Positions 33,854-39,171 of a DNA stretch of 39,171 bases are shown piece after piece; positions within the stretch are counted from its first letter, which is position 1, and each line of letters opens with the position of its first letter. The position numbers were made by a program, and so were the translations under genes. The notes beneath the pieces were generated by a model. It had not been told where the DNA came from. It saw nothing but the letters and a program-made list of their open reading frames with translations, and ran no database searches. Source of the stretch: Candidatus Mediterraneibacter stercoravium (lineage in GTDB: Bacteria; Bacillota; Clostridia; Lachnospirales; Lachnospiraceae); the NCBI GenBank assembly GCA_019116845.1, contig DXAY01000001.1:1-39171 (forward strand), written 5' to 3'.

Positions 33854-35392
33854 ATGATAACAGTAAAAGAATACCGGGGACATATCAGAAACTGGGAGGA
33901 ACTCTGCGAGCGTCTGGAGCTTCCGCTGGATCTGACAAGAGAAGCGCGGGAGGAGAAGATTCTGATCAGGGCATATGAGACCTGGGGATATGAGATGGCT
34001 GATCACATGCACGGGATGTTCGCGTTCGCGCTGTGGGATGATGAAGAGAAGAAACTGTTCTGCCTGAGGGATCATTTCGGGACAAAGCCGTTTTATTATT
34101 ATGAAACAGAAGACGGAAAGCTTCTTTACGGTACAATGATACGTCAGATCCTGGAGCAGCCGGGATTCAAAAAAGAGCTGAATGAGGAGATGCTGCAGAT
34201 CTATCTCAGTCTTACGTATGCGGCAGGTGAGAATACATTTTTCCGCGGACTGAAGAAGCTTATGCCGGGACATTATCTGATCTGGCAGAACGGAAAGCTG
34301 AAAGTTGAGCGCTACTGGACACCGACGTTTCATCCGGATGAGAGCAGGTCTCTGGAAGAATGGGCGGATGAGATCCATACGACAATTCAGGAGATCATGC
34401 CGGAGGTGAAGACGGACGACGAAACGGCTGAATCATTCCTGTCGGGCGGAGTGGATTCTTCTTATGTGCTGGCCATGTCGGATGTACAGATGACAGACTC
34501 CTGCGGGTACGATGAGCCCCGGTTTGATGAGTCAGGGCTGGCAAAACAGACAGCGGATATCCTGGGAAGAAAGAACTCCAGATGTCTGATTACACCGGAG
34601 GAGTATTTTGAGATCGTTCCGTATGTGATGTACAATATGGAGCAGCCTCTGGGAGATGCGTCCGCGATTGCGTTCACCATCGCATGCAACGCCACGGCGG
34701 AGCACACGAAGCTGTGCTATTCCGGAGAGGGGGCGGACGAGTTCTTCGGCGGATACAACATGTACCGCAACGCGGAAAGATACGGGGATAATCTGAAAAC
34801 CTTCTATGTGGGCAACACAAACATCATGAAAGAGGACGAGAAGAAACGGATCCTCAAAAAATATGATCCGGACGTGCTTCCGATCGAACTGGTGCAGCAT
34901 ATCTACGAGGAGACAGAGGGACTGGACCCGCTGACAAAGATGTCTGATGTGGATATCCAGATCTGGCTGGAAGGCGACATCTACCTGAATGTGGACAAGA
35001 TGAGCACGGCGGCAGGGCTTGAGATCCGGATGCCGCTTACGGACAGGAGAATCTTTGACATCGCATCCAGAATGCCGGCAAGGTTCAAGGTCAATGAAGA
35101 GCAGAACAAGGTGGCGTTCCGCACGGCGGCGGCAAAGGTCCTGCCGGAGGAAATCGCGTTCCGCAAGAAGCTTGGATTCATCGTGCCGATCCGTATCTGG
35201 ATGGCGGATGACAGATACAACGGGGATGTGAGAAGACTGTTCCGCAGTGAGATTGCGGAGAAGTTCTTCAATGTAGATGAGATCAACGCAATTTTTGATG
35301 ATTATGTGGGCGGAAATTCTGACAACTGGAGAAAAGTGTGGACAATCTATACATTCCTTGTGTGGTATGAAGAATATTTCATAAAAAGATGA
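33854..35392 (+). CDS. Asparagine synthetase B-like amidotransferase with a truncated glutaminase domain
   Basis: GMFAFALWD, RDHFGTKP-YY, FLSGGVDSS, SGEGADEFFGGY, DKMS-A-GLE-R-P and RKKLGF-VP. No N-terminal MCG. Confidence 0.88.
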   Translation: MITVKEYRGHIRNWEELCERLELPLDLTREAREEKILIRAYETWGYEMADHMHGMFAFALWDDEEKKLFCLRDHFGTKPFYYYETEDGKLLYGTMIRQILEQPGFKKELNEEMLQIYLSLTYAAGENTFFRGLKKLMPGHYLIWQNGKLKVERYWTPTFHPDESRSLEEWADEIHTTIQEIMPEVKTDDETAESFLSGGVDSSYVLAMSDVQMTDSCGYDEPRFDESGLAKQTADILGRKNSRCLITPEEYFEIVPYVMYNMEQPLGDASAIAFTIACNATAEHTKLCYSGEGADEFFGGYNMYRNAERYGDNLKTFYVGNTNIMKEDEKKRILKKYDPDVLPIELVQHIYEETEGLDPLTKMSDVDIQIWLEGDIYLNVDKMSTAAGLEIRMPLTDRRIFDIASRMPARFKVNEEQNKVAFRTAAAKVLPEEIAFRKKLGFIVPIRIWMADDRYNGDVRRLFRSEIAEKFFNVDEINAIFDDYVGGNSDNWRKVWTIYTFLVWYEEYFIKR

Positions 35393-35399
35393 TCTGGCA

Positions 35400-35428
35400 T
35401 TGAAAAAGTTTCTGTCCGGGTGTATCCT
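35400..35428 (+). promoter_or_regulatory. Putative promoter for the MATE gene
   Basis: TTGAAA-N17-TATCCT. Confidence 0.4.
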
Positions 35429-35485
35429 TTATAAGGCATTTGGAAAGCCGATTCTGACAGAGGTCTGAGAGAAGGTATACAAGAG

Positions 35486-36835
35486 ATGGAGACAGTAAAA
35501 CAAAACAGGATTTTCGACAATCGAAAGCTGGCTGCGCTGCTGGTACCACTGGCGGCAGACCAGCTTTTGAATTCGTTTATGGGGACCGTAGATACGTTGG
35601 TGGTGAGCAATCTGGGTTCGGCGGCGATCTCGGCGGTATCCCTTGTGGATTCGATCAATGTGCTGATCGTTCAGGCATTTTTTGCTCTGGCTTCGGGCGG
35701 TACTGTCGTGTGTTCCCATTATCTGGGCTGCGACAGGAAGGATCACGCAGGAGAAGCGGCGCGGCAGCTGGTCTTTATCACATTTATCATGTCGGTACTG
35801 ATCGCTGCGGTCTGCCTGGTGTTTAACGGCCCGATACTGAAGGTCATCTTTGGAGATGTAGAAGAGGCGGTCATGGAGAACGCAAAGCAGTATTTCTTCT
35901 TTTCCGCTGTTTCGTATCCGTTCATCGCGCTTTACGATGACGGTTCCAGCATCCTGAGAGCACAGGAAAACAGCAGGCTCCCGATGCAGATATCTGTTGC
36001 GTCCAATGTGATTAACCTGGCTTTGAATCTTCTGTTTGTATGGGGATTCCGATTCGGAGTGGCAGGATCCGCGTGTGCCACAATGCTGGCGAGGATTTTT
36101 GCCATGGCGGCAGTTATGTACAAGCTCAGAAATCCGCGGCTGGATGTGTCCCTGACGCACTATCTTGCGATACGGCCAGACTGGGGAGAAATAAAAAGGA
36201 TATTGTGGATCGGTATTCCGTCGGGCGTGGAGAACAGCATGTTCCAGTTTGGAAAGCTTGCGATACAGTCTACGGTATCGCTGATGGGCACAGCGGCGAT
36301 CGCAGCCCAGGGTATGACAAATATTATTGAGAATCTGAACGGGATCCTGGCGCTCGGAATCGGAATCGGACTTATGACAGTGGTAGGAGAGACCCTCGGG
36401 GCAGGAAGAAAAGAAGAGGCAGTGTATTATGTAAAGAAACTGTGTATTGTCTCAGAGATCGTCATAGTGGTCTCCTGCATTGTCATGTATGCGCTGACCT
36501 ATCCCATCACCTATTTTGGAGGCATGGAACCGGAAAGCGCAAAAATGTGTATCTTCATGGTAACATGTATTACGATCGTAAAACCTGTTGTATGGGTCAT
36601 GGCATTTATCCCTGCGTATGGCTTCCGTGCTGCAGGCGATGTGAAATTCACAATGACTGTATCTGTCATTTCCATGTGGTTCTGCAGAGTCACGCTTGCG
36701 ATGATCCTGGCCAGAGTATTCGGCATGGGACCGATAGCGGTGTGGATCGGCATGTTCACAGACTGGACGATCCGGTGCGTGATCTACACAATCCGGTTCC
36801 GCAGCAGGAAATGGCTGAATCATCAGGTCATCTGA
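35486..36835 (+). CDS. MATE family efflux transporter
   Basis: DT-VVS-LG-AA-SAVSL, NL-LN..F...GV-G-A-AT, GIP-G-EN, RAAGD and G--AVW, with about 12 TM segments. Confidence 0.92.
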   Translation: METVKQNRIFDNRKLAALLVPLAADQLLNSFMGTVDTLVVSNLGSAAISAVSLVDSINVLIVQAFFALASGGTVVCSHYLGCDRKDHAGEAARQLVFITFIMSVLIAAVCLVFNGPILKVIFGDVEEAVMENAKQYFFFSAVSYPFIALYDDGSSILRAQENSRLPMQISVASNVINLALNLLFVWGFRFGVAGSACATMLARIFAMAAVMYKLRNPRLDVSLTHYLAIRPDWGEIKRILWIGIPSGVENSMFQFGKLAIQSTVSLMGTAAIAAQGMTNIIENLNGILALGIGIGLMTVVGETLGAGRKEEAVYYVKKLCIVSEIVIVVSCIVMYALTYPITYFGGMEPESAKMCIFMVTCITIVKPVVWVMAFIPAYGFRAAGDVKFTMTVSVISMWFCRVTLAMILARVFGMGPIAVWIGMFTDWTIRCVIYTIRFRSRKWLNHQVI

Positions 36836-36840
36836 TCAGA

Positions 36841-37941
36841 TCACATTTGCAGCTGATCGGTCAGCGTTTCCAGAAGACGTGTATTATCATCGGGCATCAT
36901 GATACAGAAACGGACGAATTCTCCATCCAGGCACTGGAAGGAGGAACAGTCCCGTATCATGAGCCCGTTTTTGATGCAGCTCTCAAAGATATCGGAAGAA
37001 GTCAGTCCTCCTTTTATAATATGCAGCAGGATGAAATTGGCATATGGACGGAAGACTCTGCAGCCGGTCAGACCGGACAGGGTACGGTACATTCTGTCCC
37101 TCTCTCCGAGAATAAGAGAGCGAGTCTGTCCGATATATGCACTGTCTCTGAACATCTGCTCACCGGCAAAGGCTCCGATGCTGTTTAAGGACCAGGGGAT
37201 CTGTTTTTCTTTCATTTTCCGGAGAAATTCTTTGTTCCCGGTGATCCCGTATCCGAGTCTCATACCGGGAGCGGCGAAAAACTTGGAGACGCCCCGCAGG
37301 ATCATAAGGTTCCGGAACTCCCGGGTCAGCGGGACTGCGGTAACGGCGCTGATATCCGGGGCAAATTCCACGTAGGTCTCATCGATCATGACAAAGATGC
37401 CGTGTTTTTCGCAGAAACCGAGAAGCCGCCTCATATCATCCTGCATGACGGCAGAGGAGGTCGGATTGTTGGGATTGCAGAGAATAAGAAAATCATATCC
37501 GCCCGTGTCAAGCGCGCGGCACAGGTCCTCCACATCAAGCCGGAAATCGTTCTCTTCCTTCAGATGATAGTACTCCTGGATGCTCCCGGAGAAAGAGAGT
37601 TCCCGTGAATATTCGGAGTAGGTGGGTCCCAGGATGAGCGTCCGCTTCGGTGAGCGCGCCTCGATGAGAAGGGAGATAAGCTCACTGGAACCGTTGCCGG
37701 GCAGGATGAAATCAGCGGGGATGCCGCAGTATTCTGAGATTGTCTGCCTCAATGAGGCATACTCTCTGTCCGGATAGGAAGAGAGCAGGTCCAGGTGGGC
37801 GGAGATGGCATCCTTTACATTCTCGGAGAGCCCGAGCGGGTTGACGTTTGCCCCGAAGTTTATAATATCTTTTTTGTCCAGATGGTAATATTCACAGATC
37901 TTTTCGATATCACTTCCGTGAAAAACAGGTCTTGTATTCAT
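36841..37941 (-). CDS. PLP-dependent CobD/HisC-like enzyme (threonine-phosphate decarboxylase-like)
   Basis: HGSD...NF-ANVNPLG, YPD, GNG-SELI, PTYSEY, CNPNNPT, DETY-EF and SKFFA-PG-RLGY. Confidence 0.82.
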   Translation of the reverse strand: MNTRPVFHGSDIEKICEYYHLDKKDIINFGANVNPLGLSENVKDAISAHLDLLSSYPDREYASLRQTISEYCGIPADFILPGNGSSELISLLIEARSPKRTLILGPTYSEYSRELSFSGSIQEYYHLKEENDFRLDVEDLCRALDTGGYDFLILCNPNNPTSSAVMQDDMRRLLGFCEKHGIFVMIDETYVEFAPDISAVTAVPLTREFRNLMILRGVSKFFAAPGMRLGYGITGNKEFLRKMKEKQIPWSLNSIGAFAGEQMFRDSAYIGQTRSLILGERDRMYRTLSGLTGCRVFRPYANFILLHIIKGGLTSSDIFESCIKNGLMIRDCSSFQCLDGEFVRFCIMMPDDNTRLLETLTDQLQM

Positions 37942-37953
37942 AGACAGTCTCCT

Positions 37954-38823
37954 TTATTTCGTCTCAAACAGGATTCCCAGCGTATTCGGCCCGCAGTGGC
38001 ACGAGATCGTGCAGCTTGCTTTTGTGATATGGATCTCTTTGAATTTCATTGTTTCATCCACGGTCTTCCTTACCAGGTCGATATACTCCTGCGGGATTCC
38101 GGAGTGGGTAATGAAGAGCAGATCCGTATTGATGTCGGAATGTTTTGCAAGCTCGTCCTTTACATATTTCACCAGAACCTTATCCAGGGCTCCGCGGTAT
38201 TTCTTTCCCACGCCCATGCTTCCGTCGCGGTTGTCTACCTGGATACAGGGCTTCAGTTTCAGCATGTTCGCTCCCAGGGCGGTGACGGCGGAGCAGCGCC
38301 CGCCGGCATGCATGAAGGTGAGTGTATCAAGAATGAAGCTGGCGTGGCACTTCCTTGTCCGGGCTCTGAGAGCGTCCGCGATGGATGCGGCGTCCATTCC
38401 CTGTTCGATCATCTTTCCGGCCGCGACGACGAGAAGACCTGTCCCGGTGGAGAGGTTGCAGCTGTCCACGACATGGACATGCCCCAGCTCCTCTGCCGCA
38501 AGGCGGCAGTTCTGATAGGAACTGGACAGGGCGCTGCCCAGATTGATATGGATTACCTCGTAACCGTCCTCTACCCAGGGGCGGAAGTGATCCAGATATT
38601 CCTGGGTGTTTACCGCGGCGGTCTTTGGAAGTGTTTTATGGTCATAATATTCCTGATAGACCTGCTCCGGGGTAATGTCTACATTGTCTTTGTAATCCTT
38701 TCCGTTCAGTATGATATGGAGAGGATAGTAATGGACGTGGTAACGTCCTTTTAAGTCTGCATCGAGATCGCAGGTGCTGTCTGCGCTCAGGATGATCTTC
38801 TGATCGGTATGCTGTTCCGGCAT
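37954..38823 (-). CDS. DegV family fatty-acid-binding protein
   Basis: DSTCDL, PKTAA, S-LSSSYQN, VVDS-NLS, GGR, LKLKP and CHCGP. Confidence 0.92.
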   Translation of the reverse strand: MPEQHTDQKIILSADSTCDLDADLKGRYHVHYYPLHIILNGKDYKDNVDITPEQVYQEYYDHKTLPKTAAVNTQEYLDHFRPWVEDGYEVIHINLGSALSSSYQNCRLAAEELGHVHVVDSCNLSTGTGLLVVAAGKMIEQGMDAASIADALRARTRKCHASFILDTLTFMHAGGRCSAVTALGANMLKLKPCIQVDNRDGSMGVGKKYRGALDKVLVKYVKDELAKHSDINTDLLFITHSGIPQEYIDLVRKTVDETMKFKEIHITKASCTISCHCGPNTLGILFETK

Positions 38824-39043
38824 ATTCTTATCCTCCGTTTCGTTTTTGTATTTACAAGTATAACACAGTTGAAAAGTAAAGTCTGACAGAAAAATATTTT
38901 ACCCACATTTTACGTGGATTTTTCACGATGCAGATAGAGAAAGATGTAGAATTACGAGAAAATAGAAAAAAGATGACTGCAGTTCAGACTGCGGCATGAC
39001 ATGATCTAAGGGAGTGTACTCAGGAAAAAGTGGAGGATCTGCG

Positions 39044-39171
39044 ATGAAAAAAAGAATCATTTCATTTCTTATATGCTGCTGTACGATGCTGACCGTTTCT
39101 GCCTGCGGCGTGATGCCGGAAACAGGGGGCGGCGGGGAAAGCGCCGACTTTTCCGCCGGGCGGGGCGGGAC
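39044..39171 (+). CDS. Putative lipoprotein, N-terminal part (runs off window end)
   Basis: GGAGG then MKKRIISFLICCCTMLTVSACGVMPETGGGGES, a signal peptide with lipobox VSAC. Confidence 0.65.
   Translation, partial: MKKRIISFLICCCTMLTVSACGVMPETGGGGESADFSAGRGG

Noticed and set aside
37795-38754. 319-aa + strand ORF opposite degV
   Set aside because: Antisense shadow ORF.

Overview
A 39-kb, gene-dense chromosomal segment from a Firmicutes/Bacillota gut anaerobe (gene content and style suggest Lachnospiraceae; taxonomy is inferred). From left to right: the 5' end of rplY (L25); a cytidylate-kinase-like gene; gldA with a Rex-type operator; a YczE-like membrane gene fused in frame to a MalK/MsmX C-terminal remnant; a GH32; a GH35/AraC/DUF5107-TPR module; an Rpn (PD-(D/E)XK) nuclease gene; a Gfo/Idh/MocA oxidoreductase and mazG; an AraC-linked sucrose-PTS/GH32/GH36 operon; a stand-alone glgB with a divergent TetR; a 9-gene tungsten operon (tupABC, moeA, moeA-PBP, moeB-like, aor, moaD, ferredoxin-alcohol dehydrogenase fusion); a small Cys-rich protein; an AsnB lacking its catalytic N-terminal Cys; a MATE; cobD/hisC-like and degV genes; and the start of a lipoprotein. 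The best novelty candidate is a 1.33-kb rpn cassette bounded by 56-bp direct repeats that duplicate the neighbouring gene's promoter and RBS. It also has a putative internal RpnS antitoxin start, a long structured leader and a convergent small transcript. The second candidate is the W-AOR plus ferredoxin-ADH fusion operon. No rRNA, tRNA or CRISPR array was seen. All family calls come from motif recognition, not database searches.
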